DNA of 64,000 nt from Alphaproteobacteria bacterium (GTDB lineage Bacteria; Pseudomonadota; Alphaproteobacteria; Rhodobacterales; Rhodobacteraceae). The stretch covers positions 3,503 to 67,502 of the forward strand of contig QOQE01000009.1 of assembly GCA_003331935.1 (NCBI GenBank), read 5' to 3'. The notes beneath the pieces were generated by a model, which saw only the letters and a list, made by a program, of their open reading frames with translations, searched no databases and was not told the DNA's origin. Of this stretch, positions 48,663 to 57,164 are shown piece after piece (the stretch's first letter is position 1; every line of letters begins with the position of its first letter). Both the position numbers and the translations under genes were made by a program.

Positions 48663-48686
48663 GGGAGAGGGTGCTTACCCTCTCCC
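48663..48686. terminator. Bidirectional terminator hairpin between hemG and hsp20
   Basis: GGGAGAGGGT-gctt-ACCCTCTCCC forms a perfect 10-bp GC-rich stem followed by ATTT. Confidence 0.85.
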
Positions 48687-48694
48687 ATTTAAAA

Positions 48695-49144
48695 TTATTT
48701 TATCTTAACGAGACGTGGCTTTTTTTCTTCTGGTACCACTCGCTCTAAATCTATTGAAAGCATCCCATCTTTCAAAGACCCATCTTTAACGACAATGTCA
48801 TCTGCTATTGTAAACTTCCTGGTGAAGTTTCTTGAGGCAATACCTCGGTAAACTTTATTGTCGCTTTCTTCAACTGTTTTCATGGACTTTATTGTTAAAA
48901 CACCATCCGCAACTTCTACATCAATATCGGATTTGCTATAACCGGCTAGCGCCATTTCGATTGTATATTTATAGTCATCGTGTTGAACAATATTGTAATG
49001 TGGAAAACCTACATTCGTATCACTTTGGTGCGCTGCATAGTCCCAAAGGCGATCGAACGTCTTATCAAAACCAACAGCAAAAGGTGAAAATGTATTTGTA
49101 TCAAATGCCTGCAAGGCACTTCTTAGTGTGCTTAAACTATTCAT
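48695..49144 (-). CDS. Small heat-shock protein (Hsp20/IbpA family, alpha-crystallin domain)
   Basis: 149 aa. FPHYNIVQHDDYKYTIEMALAGYSKSDIDVEVADGVLTIKS...FTRKFTIADDIVV...DGMLSIDLER is a canonical ACD. Confidence 0.9.
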   Translation of the reverse strand: MNSLSTLRSALQAFDTNTFSPFAVGFDKTFDRLWDYAAHQSDTNVGFPHYNIVQHDDYKYTIEMALAGYSKSDIDVEVADGVLTIKSMKTVEESDNKVYRGIASRNFTRKFTIADDIVVKDGSLKDGMLSIDLERVVPEEKKPRLVKIK

Positions 49145-49205
49145 ATTTATCTCCTTTATTAAGCAAGATTTATGTGAGTAGACCCTATTAGGCGTCTACT
49201 ATATT

Positions 49206-49234
49206 AAGATGGGTACTTAAAAAAGATTTACAAG
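49206..49234 (-). promoter_or_regulatory. Sigma-32 (RpoH)-type heat-shock promoter upstream of hsp20
   Basis: The minus strand reads CTTGTAAA-N13-CCCATCTT, compared with the recalled consensus CTTGAAA-N13-15-CCCCATnT. It lies about 60 nt upstream of the hsp20 ATG, which has an AAGGAG SD. Confidence 0.6.
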
Positions 49235-49259
49235 AGGTCTGCTTGTAAAAGGTGTATTT

Positions 49260-51164
49260 TTATTTTTCCGTTAGCCCATACGGTTTGAGGGCAGATATTA
49301 ATTCGTTAAGATATGTTTTATCACGCGCAGTGATAAATTCTTTGTGAATAATCTCACCTGTTTTACCCTTTCCGTCGATGGCTTTATGTAGCTCGAACAT
49401 TTTTTTTGCCTTCTTTTTACTTCCCTTTAACTCATAAAGATAAGCAAGCTGAAGATATAATGTTTGGTCAACTCCACTCCAATTATGCTTTTCATTTAAT
49501 TTTGTAAGAGCGAAATTTTCTGCCTTATCGTATTGAGTATTTTCAATTAATGCGTGATTGTACATATAGAATATCCATGCCTGATGATGCGGATTAGATA
49601 GCATTATTTTCTCATAGTTCTCTATTGCTTCTTCTAACCTTCCACAGGAGTGAATAACTAGATTTGCCATGCCTAAATCTGAATGATCTTTGGATGCTTG
49701 TAATAGAGTAGGTATCCTGCCACAGGCCTCATCATACTTTTTTAAAAATAATTCGATTAAGCCTGCTAGAGCTTTAGGCGTTGTCCATTCAGTAAACTCA
49801 TCAATAGCATTCAATGCAATGTTGTAGGCTTTCTCCATATCCCTTTTTGGGTTGTCAGAAATTCTCATTGTTACCTTTCTCCAGTTAACCCAAGCCATCA
49901 TAAAGTTTAATCGTCTGTTGCTGGGATCCAACTCAATAGCTTTTTTCCAAAGCTTTTCAGCTTTTTGACTTCCATCCACAGTTTTAAGGCCAAAAGCAGA
50001 CCAAGCGTTGAGATAATTTCTATACGCTTCTGGGTTAGTAAAATAGTTTACATCGCTTAGCTGTGACCCCCGTGTTTTAACACTGAGCTGTTCCAGAATG
50101 GCTAAACTTATCTTTTCTTGAACAGGGAAAAGCTGTTTTAATTCTCCAAAATCAAAAAGCTTTGACCACACAACTTCACTACTCTTAAGATCAGTCATTT
50201 GCAAAGTGACACGAAAGGCTCCCTCGGTACCTTGTACATCGCCTCTCAACAGATATTGAACCCCATAGTTCCGTGAAATCTCTTTATCAGTGTAATTTCT
50301 TTCTTGAACATATTTCCCAGTACTGGATGAGGATACCATTATTGAGTCATTAATTGATAAGGTGGATATTATATTACTTGTTACACCAAATCCTATGAAG
50401 TCATTATCAGAATTCCCTGTTTGATTTTCAAAAGGCATTACCAAAATTGAGGGTTTATCAATTGGCATCATTTGGGTTTTGCTGACTGGTATTGTGTCTG
50501 ATTGGAAATAAAAAATAATTCCAATAATTACAATTGTGGATACTGAGGCCAAAATTGCTAAATTGCGTAGCATCGGCTTTGAAGATGCTCTTAGAGTTCG
50601 TTTTTGCGATTTACTTAAAAGAATATCATAGGCATGAAACTCATTTTCTTTAACTTTTTGCAAACCAAGATCATTGAAGGATAAATCTACTTTTCCATTA
50701 ACCAAATCAAAAATTGACTTAGAAATTGTTACTCCTGCGGGTTGAGCCAAGGCCTCTAATCTCGCTGCAATATTAACACCGTCTCCCAGAAGATTTCGCT
50801 TCTCTTTTATTACGTCGCCCATATGTATTCCAATACGAAATTGTAGCTTAATTGGGAGATCATTCTGAGAGTAAAATTCATTAAGTCGTTCTTGAAATTC
50901 GGATGCGCATTCAACAGATGATACGGCACTAGGGAATTCGGCAAAGAAAGAGTCGCCACCAGAATTAAAAAGTCGGCCTTCATATTTTTTGAACAGATCT
51001 TTAAGAATATTCTCACACGCTCGAAGAGTTTTTACTGACTCATCCTCATTTTTTTCCATATGCTTGCTATAGCCAACGACGTCAGTTGCAAAAATGACTG
51101 CCAGTTTTCTATTTATGGTGCTAATCGTTATTCTCTCATAGAAGTTTAGATGTAGAATTATCAA
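49260..51164 (-). CDS. Membrane-anchored class III adenylate/guanylate cyclase with extracytoplasmic TPR-containing sensor region
   Basis: 634 aa with cyclase motifs AVIFATDVVGYS, GDSFFAEF, IGIHMGDV and GDGVNIAARLE, one TM (LAILASVSTIVIIGIIFYF), then about 400 aa with TPR-like helical repeats. There is no in-frame ATG upstream of the catalytic core (TTG at 51164). Confidence 0.8.
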   Translation of the reverse strand: MIILHLNFYERITISTINRKLAVIFATDVVGYSKHMEKNEDESVKTLRACENILKDLFKKYEGRLFNSGGDSFFAEFPSAVSSVECASEFQERLNEFYSQNDLPIKLQFRIGIHMGDVIKEKRNLLGDGVNIAARLEALAQPAGVTISKSIFDLVNGKVDLSFNDLGLQKVKENEFHAYDILLSKSQKRTLRASSKPMLRNLAILASVSTIVIIGIIFYFQSDTIPVSKTQMMPIDKPSILVMPFENQTGNSDNDFIGFGVTSNIISTLSINDSIMVSSSSTGKYVQERNYTDKEISRNYGVQYLLRGDVQGTEGAFRVTLQMTDLKSSEVVWSKLFDFGELKQLFPVQEKISLAILEQLSVKTRGSQLSDVNYFTNPEAYRNYLNAWSAFGLKTVDGSQKAEKLWKKAIELDPSNRRLNFMMAWVNWRKVTMRISDNPKRDMEKAYNIALNAIDEFTEWTTPKALAGLIELFLKKYDEACGRIPTLLQASKDHSDLGMANLVIHSCGRLEEAIENYEKIMLSNPHHQAWIFYMYNHALIENTQYDKAENFALTKLNEKHNWSGVDQTLYLQLAYLYELKGSKKKAKKMFELHKAIDGKGKTGEIIHKEFITARDKTYLNELISALKPYGLTEK

Positions 51165-51258
51165 TCAAATATATCGCAAATAAGTAATTTGTGTATAGTA
51201 AACTTATTTACTAAGCCGTTCTTAATAGGAAAAATTAATAAAAAATGGAGTAGGCGCA

Positions 51259-53340
51259 TTGATTGCTATAGTAAGCTATTTTGATAGTAATCCAGAGCCT
51301 TTAAATTGTGAAAGCGTTGTAGCAGAAAATACAGCAGCCTCTCGTCATGGTTATTATTTTGTGCCTTTGAATAAAGACGACATGCCGTTGGGAGCTCAAA
51401 TAATTTTAAAAGAAGAACCAATAGAGGGGCTGAAGAAATATTTGTCCAACAAGAACTTTCAGGGCATTGGACCCAAGAACGCTGATGCTATAGCGCAGAA
51501 TATTGGGATGAAAGTTATCAAGTATTTAAATGAGCGCAATATTAATATACTTGAAAAAAAGACATCAAAGAAACTTTCCGAAGCTTTGTTAGGAGGATGG
51601 GATCTAGACTATGAAAACTCAGGGTTTGAAATCTTATTTTCACACATTGGCTTTTCTTATACACAAAAGAAATTTGTTAAAGACGAGTTTGGGAATAAGT
51701 TCTTTGCTGAAATACATAAAGATCCATATATGTTGCTTCAAAGAATTCCTAGACTTAGTTTCGATAGGATAGAAAGTATTATTTCCATTTTTGGAATTGA
51801 AGTCTCTTTAGATAAAAAAATAGTTGCTGCTACTAGACATGCACTGATGCAAAGTGAAGCCGAACGGGGCAATACTTGTGGGCCTTTAGAGAGGGTTTTG
51901 TTAAGAACTCAAGAAATTACAAAAAATGACTTTGAAACAATTCAAGCAGCTATCAGTAGTCATCACCACTTGTTTAATAAATTTGAAATCAAAGATAAAG
52001 AGTTTTTGGAAACCTCTGAGGCATGTGAGCGAGACAATGATATCGCTCAACAGATCTTTTTGATTAAGGATAGTTTTAGGGCAATTAAGGGTAAGAAGTT
52101 TTCGGCTAATAGGAATGCAACCAATCCTTTATCGGAGGAGCAAGTTTTAGCTATCCAAAATTCTTTAGAGGCGGGAGTCTCCATTATTACTGGTGGCCCA
52201 GGAACCGGTAAAACAAGAATAATAGAAGGCCTTGCTCAAGTTCTAGTCAACGGCTTCAAAAAGACAATTCGTATATGTGCTCCGACGGGACGAGCTGCAA
52301 AACGAATAGCTGAAAATCAGGCATTAAAAAAGTTTCAACCATCAACTATTCACATGTTAAAAGCAATGATCGACTCCTCAGCAAAGGATACCGAGTTTGA
52401 TGCATTGATTGTCGATGAGTCCTCCATGATTGATATAAATTTATTTAAAGACTTGGTGAGAATGCTACCTTTAGGATCACAACTAATATTGATAGGAGAT
52501 GTTGATCAACTTCCACCGGTAGGTGCAGGACAACCATTCTTAGATTTAATAAGATCAAAAAAAATAGTTGTTAGTAGATTAACAAAGCAGTTCCGACAAG
52601 GTAGTGACAGTATGATCCCAAACGTAGCTAGATCAATAAATAACGGTGAGATAATGGAATTTCCAACCGACTTTGCAAACTCAGGCTTCTCATTTGTAGA
52701 AGTCGATAAAGGGCAAGTTGTTGATAAGATTATTGAAGTTGTTGATTTTTTTACTAGTGATAAAAATGGTAATAAAGATTTTGATAGAACACAAATTCTA
52801 TCCCCTATGCGCCGGTATCCAAGTGGACTAATAAACCTAAACTCAATTATGCAAAAAAAATATAATCCTAATGGAGAAAAAGTATTTTCAAAAATGGAAG
52901 GTGATAGGGAAGTAAAATTTTCTGCAGGAGATAAAGTGATTTGCACACAAAATGATTACGACATTGATGTTAGGAATGGTGATATTGGTTACATTGTTAA
53001 TAAAGTGGGAAAAAATATTAGAGTAGAGTTTGACGGAGAGATGAAACTATTCCATAGCAATAAAATCGATTACTTGGACTTAGCGTACGCTATAACAGTT
53101 CATAAAAGTCAAGGCTCTGAATACTCAAACGTAATAATGCCAATAGTAGATGATCATCGCATAATGCTTACAAGAAAGTTGATATATACCGCAATTACAA
53201 GGGGCAAACAGAATGTCTGTTTAATTGGAAGTAAAAGCGTTCTACGAGAAGCACTAAAAAAAGTTTTTTTGAACTTACGGTATTCTAGCCTCAATAAAAA
53301 AATTGAAACAGCGGACGAAAATCTATTTCACAAAACCTAG
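51259..53340 (+). CDS. recD2: RecD2-type SF1B ATP-dependent DNA helicase
   Basis: 693 aa with a TTG start (GGAG 8 nt upstream), Walker A GGPGTGKT, Walker B VDESSM, DVDQLPPVGAG, an SH3-like insert (GDKVICTQNDYDIDVRNGDIG) and ITVHKSQGSE. Confidence 0.85.
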   Translation: MIAIVSYFDSNPEPLNCESVVAENTAASRHGYYFVPLNKDDMPLGAQIILKEEPIEGLKKYLSNKNFQGIGPKNADAIAQNIGMKVIKYLNERNINILEKKTSKKLSEALLGGWDLDYENSGFEILFSHIGFSYTQKKFVKDEFGNKFFAEIHKDPYMLLQRIPRLSFDRIESIISIFGIEVSLDKKIVAATRHALMQSEAERGNTCGPLERVLLRTQEITKNDFETIQAAISSHHHLFNKFEIKDKEFLETSEACERDNDIAQQIFLIKDSFRAIKGKKFSANRNATNPLSEEQVLAIQNSLEAGVSIITGGPGTGKTRIIEGLAQVLVNGFKKTIRICAPTGRAAKRIAENQALKKFQPSTIHMLKAMIDSSAKDTEFDALIVDESSMIDINLFKDLVRMLPLGSQLILIGDVDQLPPVGAGQPFLDLIRSKKIVVSRLTKQFRQGSDSMIPNVARSINNGEIMEFPTDFANSGFSFVEVDKGQVVDKIIEVVDFFTSDKNGNKDFDRTQILSPMRRYPSGLINLNSIMQKKYNPNGEKVFSKMEGDREVKFSAGDKVICTQNDYDIDVRNGDIGYIVNKVGKNIRVEFDGEMKLFHSNKIDYLDLAYAITVHKSQGSEYSNVIMPIVDDHRIMLTRKLIYTAITRGKQNVCLIGSKSVLREALKKVFLNLRYSSLNKKIETADENLFHKT

Positions 53341-53375
53341 GAAGTAACCATTTATTTTATAACTAGGGAAAAACT

Positions 53376-54413
53376 ATGATTATTAAAGCTCCTATAAAAC
53401 TAATTGGTAATAATGGATCTCCATATACACGAAAAATGGTGTCCTTACTCAGGTATAAGCATATCCCATACAAAATTATCTGGGGGGAACCAGAGGAATA
53501 CTTAGACCGACACAATATTGAGAAACCAAAGCCAATTTTACACCCAACATTCTTATTCGAAAATTCTGAAAACAAAATTGTAGCTGTTACCGACTCAACA
53601 CCCATCATTAGAAAGCTAGAGAGCAAATTCAAAAGCCGCAGCACTATTCCCTCAAACCCAGTTTTGAGATTTCTTAACTACTTGCTGGAAGATTATGGTG
53701 ATGAGTGGGGAACGAAATTTATGTTTCATTACCGATGGTATGATGACAAGGACATTGACAATGCAGGGACGTTGTTACCTCTTTATGCAAACTCCACACT
53801 AACAAATGAGGAACTTAGCCAGAAAAAAGAGAAAATAGCTGACCGCCAGCTTGGAAGGGTTTGGGTTGTAGGATCAAATAAAAAAACAGCGCCCCTTATT
53901 GATCAAAGTTTCAAAAGGGTCATAAGCATTTTGGAGGACCATTTTATTACTTATCCATTTTTACTTGGATCCCGCCCGGCCTCGGCAGATTTTGCTTTCT
54001 TTGGACAATTGAGTCAGCTTGTAGGCTTTGACCCAACGCCCCGTTCAATCATACAAAATATTTCAATGCGCACTGTGGCATGGGTAGGAAAAACTGAAGA
54101 CTTATCTGGCTTGGAACCAGATAGCGAAGATTGGATCAGTGACTCAGTTCTTCCATGGACCCTTAAAAATATTTTTGGAGAGATTGGAAAGACATATGTA
54201 CCAACAATGTTGGAGAATGAGGATGCTTTCAATAAAGGCAAAGAAAAATGGAACGCAGTAATTCTAGGCAGTGAGTGGGAGCAAAGAACATTTCCTTATC
54301 AAGTAAAATGTTTGCAGTGGATTCGCAAAGAATTCAAAGGTCTTGCGTCAAATGAACAACAAAAAGTCCTTAATCTATTAGAAGAGTCAGGCTGTCAAAA
54401 GCTAATAGTCTAA
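53376..54413 (+). CDS. Extended glutathione S-transferase-like protein
   Basis: 345 aa. The thioredoxin-like N-domain (LIGNNGSPYTRKMVSLLRYKHIPYKII...VAVTDSTPIIRKLE) is followed by a long helical C-domain (LLGSRPASADFAFFGQL). Confidence 0.6.
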   Translation: MIIKAPIKLIGNNGSPYTRKMVSLLRYKHIPYKIIWGEPEEYLDRHNIEKPKPILHPTFLFENSENKIVAVTDSTPIIRKLESKFKSRSTIPSNPVLRFLNYLLEDYGDEWGTKFMFHYRWYDDKDIDNAGTLLPLYANSTLTNEELSQKKEKIADRQLGRVWVVGSNKKTAPLIDQSFKRVISILEDHFITYPFLLGSRPASADFAFFGQLSQLVGFDPTPRSIIQNISMRTVAWVGKTEDLSGLEPDSEDWISDSVLPWTLKNIFGEIGKTYVPTMLENEDAFNKGKEKWNAVILGSEWEQRTFPYQVKCLQWIRKEFKGLASNEQQKVLNLLEESGCQKLIV

Positions 54414-54419
54414 AAAGAG

Positions 54420-55640
54420 TCATTCTGAGATAGCGCCAGAATCTTTTAAGTCTTTAATTTGATTGTCATCTAAACCAAGCATTTCTCTCAATATTACGAT
54501 ATTATCCTCTCCCAGTTTTGGGGCTCTTCTAATATCGGTTTCAGCCATATTTGAGAGCTTTATTGGATTCCCAAAGACTTTAACCATCTCATTTAGCACA
54601 GGCATATCCAGAATCATTTTTCGATCTATTAATTGAGGATCGGAAACAACTTCTCCAATTCCCTTGATCGGGCTTAAGGGAACTTTGTCTGCGAGCATAG
54701 TTTCAAGCTCAGCTTTTGTGTATCTAGAAAACCATCCATTTATAAGAGGCTTTATACGTCGATCATAAACTTCCTTATTGAAACGCTTATGCATTGTATC
54801 AATTTCAGGGTCTGAAGCTAAATCATCACAATTAAAAACTTTAAGCGTTTCTCGCCACTGTTTATCATTATATCCACCAAAAAATACAAATCCATCCTTG
54901 CAGGAAAATTGCTCATATGGACGTACAAAAGCGTGATCATTTCCCGTAGGAGTGGCTTCCACACCATCTATAGAGTATCGGAGAAGCGCACTTTCAGTAA
55001 GGCATAGAGTAGAGTCAACCTGAGCTACATCAACCAATTGGCCTAATCCTGTTTTTTCTGCTTCCCTAAGGGCCACAATAGTTCCTATTGTGCCAAAAAA
55101 GCAAGCTGCTAAATCTCCAATGATGGTACCCACCCTTACCGGCGGCCTGTCAGGATAACCATTCATTGACCAAAGACCACTTTCAGCCTGTCCAGTATTA
55201 TCAAAGCTTGGTCTTGATGATTTGGGTCCAGTTTGTCCAAAACCACTTATTGAGGTATATACGAGTGCAGGGTTTTCTTTTTTAAGATCGTCGTATCCTA
55301 GCCCTAGACCGTTCATGGCACCAGGACGAAAGTTCTCGATCAAAATATCGGCCTTTTTAACTAATTTTTTAAGAGTTTTTTTACCCTCTTGATTTTTTAG
55401 GTCTAGGGTCATTCCTAATTTATTTCTATTATACTGAGCAAAGAAAGCGCTTTCCTTATCCGTTTTTGTAAAAGGCGGAAAGTTTCTTGTATAATCAGGA
55501 TCATTGGGGTTTTCGATTTTTATTACTGTCGCGCCTAGATCTGCGAGGATCATTGCGCTGTAGGGACCAGCAACTACTCGTGTTACATCTAGGACAACCA
55601 CACCTTCCAGAGGTAGGCCCTTGGAGTCAGCTAAGGTCAT
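54420..55640 (-). CDS. Class III (CaiB/BaiF family) CoA-transferase, last gene of the ABC operon
   Basis: 406 aa with LEGVVVLDVTRVVAGPYSAMILADLGATVIKIE and ADILIENFRPG signatures. 21 nt downstream of the ATPase gene on the same strand. Confidence 0.85.
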   Translation of the reverse strand: MTLADSKGLPLEGVVVLDVTRVVAGPYSAMILADLGATVIKIENPNDPDYTRNFPPFTKTDKESAFFAQYNRNKLGMTLDLKNQEGKKTLKKLVKKADILIENFRPGAMNGLGLGYDDLKKENPALVYTSISGFGQTGPKSSRPSFDNTGQAESGLWSMNGYPDRPPVRVGTIIGDLAACFFGTIGTIVALREAEKTGLGQLVDVAQVDSTLCLTESALLRYSIDGVEATPTGNDHAFVRPYEQFSCKDGFVFFGGYNDKQWRETLKVFNCDDLASDPEIDTMHKRFNKEVYDRRIKPLINGWFSRYTKAELETMLADKVPLSPIKGIGEVVSDPQLIDRKMILDMPVLNEMVKVFGNPIKLSNMAETDIRRAPKLGEDNIVILREMLGLDDNQIKDLKDSGAISE

Positions 55641-55661
55641 AGCTTGCCTTTCATAGGTTTT

Positions 55662-57164
55662 TTAATGTACCGCTGCGTAAATAATTTTCTCTTCAGATGC
55701 ATCTTCTATTTCAAACTCCTCAACGATTTGACCAAGTCTAGCCACTAAAATTCTATCTGAAATTGACATTACCTCAGGCAAATATGATGAAACGACGATT
55801 ACAGTAATTCCCTCATCAGCTAAAGACTTAATGAAATCATGTATTTCTTTGATAGCACCCACATCAACTCCACGAGTTGGTTCATCAAAAATTACAACTT
55901 TAGGTTTTTGAACCAGCCCCTTAGCGATCACTACTTTTTGTTGGTTGCCCCCTGACAATTCAACCACTGGGGAGTTTATATCTTTTGTCTTAATATTTAG
56001 TCGCTCTATCCAATGGTCTGCAAGAGTTTTTGCTTCAGACAAACTTACAGTATTCCAAAGCTTATCTTCAGCAACCATTTTGCCTAATTGTATGTTCTGA
56101 CTGATGCCAAAGTTTTCAAAAAAACCTTCACTTTTTCTATCTTCAGTTACATAGATTATTCCATCATTGACTGCAGTTCTGGGAACAAGGTATCTAACAT
56201 ACTTACCATTTAGAAGTATGTTACCCCCATGAAAAATATTTCTTTTATAAACTCCGGATACTACCTTCATCATCTCTGTTCGTCCCGAACCAACTAAGCC
56301 AAAAACACCAGTAATTTGACCTGAGTAGGCTGAAAAAGTTGAGTTTTTTACCATAGAGCCCATAGACAAATTCTCGACTTCAAGTGTTTTTCTACCTCTT
56401 TTACGTGGCTTTTTACGTGCAGTTTTTTTCGTAGCATAAGCCGAGTCAGTTAAATCTCGTCCTATCATCGCTTTTACAATTCGTTCTCTATTGAAATTTT
56501 TTGCCTTGTCTGTTTCTATCAACTCGCCATCCCGCAAAACAGTTATTCTGTCAGAATGTTCCAATGCCTCTTCCAAAGCATGAGAAATGAATACTATTGA
56601 TACGCCTTCTTTCTTCAGTCTTTGCATTAACCCAAAGAAATGGTGTTTCTCTTCTGGTGTTAACGTAGCTGTAGGCTCATCAAAAATTATAACTTTAGCG
56701 TTATGGTGTACAGCTCTTGCAATCTCAACCATCTGTTTTTGTGCAGCACCTAGTTGCGATACAAGAAGGTTTGGGTCAACATTAAAGTTAAGTGATTGCA
56801 AAAATCTACTCGCTTTGATATTCAGTTTTGCCAAGCTATTAAAGAAATTTTCTGCACCTAAGTAGATATTTTGAGAAACAGTCATATTGGGGACCAGACT
56901 GTTCTCCTGAAATACCATTACTACTCCATTATTTAAGGCTTCTGATGGGTTTAAAAATGTTGTTTCTTTTCCTTCAAAAATAAATGAACCAGAGGTTAAC
57001 TGGTAAACACCTGCAGCTACCTTTGTCATTGTCGATTTGCCGGCACCGTTTTCGCCAAGAAGAGAATGTATTTCTCCTCTAAGAAGACTAAAATTGACGT
57101 TTGTTATTGCTTTAACACCGTGAAATTCTTTTGTTCCGTCAATAATTTGAAAAACTTCAGTCAC
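55662..57164 (-). CDS. CUT2-type sugar ABC transporter ATP-binding protein (tandem NBD)
   Basis: 500 aa with Walker A GENGAGKST, Walker B VIIFDEPT, a second-NBD signature LSGGNQQKVVIAKG, and VVIFDEPTRGVD. Confidence 0.9.
   Translation of the reverse strand: MTEVFQIIDGTKEFHGVKAITNVNFSLLRGEIHSLLGENGAGKSTMTKVAAGVYQLTSGSFIFEGKETTFLNPSEALNNGVVMVFQENSLVPNMTVSQNIYLGAENFFNSLAKLNIKASRFLQSLNFNVDPNLLVSQLGAAQKQMVEIARAVHHNAKVIIFDEPTATLTPEEKHHFFGLMQRLKKEGVSIVFISHALEEALEHSDRITVLRDGELIETDKAKNFNRERIVKAMIGRDLTDSAYATKKTARKKPRKRGRKTLEVENLSMGSMVKNSTFSAYSGQITGVFGLVGSGRTEMMKVVSGVYKRNIFHGGNILLNGKYVRYLVPRTAVNDGIIYVTEDRKSEGFFENFGISQNIQLGKMVAEDKLWNTVSLSEAKTLADHWIERLNIKTKDINSPVVELSGGNQQKVVIAKGLVQKPKVVIFDEPTRGVDVGAIKEIHDFIKSLADEGITVIVVSSYLPEVMSISDRILVARLGQIVEEFEIEDASEEKIIYAAVH

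Noticed and set aside
49178-49199. ROSE-type RNA thermometer controlling hsp20.
   Set aside because: The bulged-G hairpin lies about 25 nt upstream of the SD and does not pair with it. Sequestration of the SD and AUG is the defining feature of ROSE. I kept it only as a generic 5'-UTR hairpin in the findings.
52506-52946. 146-aa minus-strand ORF inside recD2.
   Set aside because: It lies antisense within the helicase core region, with no motifs and no SD. The same reasoning applies to 7102-7467, 7894-8147, 8739-8972, 14236-14586, 28872-29201, 39505-39795, 40191-40586, 48832-49191, 53363-53644, 56587-56865, 58125-58418, 59974-60379 and 62164-62508.
49260-53340. Cyclase plus RecD2-like helicase as a possible nucleotide-signalling anti-phage defence pair.
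   Set aside because: The two genes are divergently transcribed. The cyclase is a standard membrane class III enzyme with a periplasmic sensor, not a CD-NTase or SMODS type. The helicase has the ordinary RecD2 domain order. There is no effector, nuclease, TIR, SIR2 or mobile-element context nearby.
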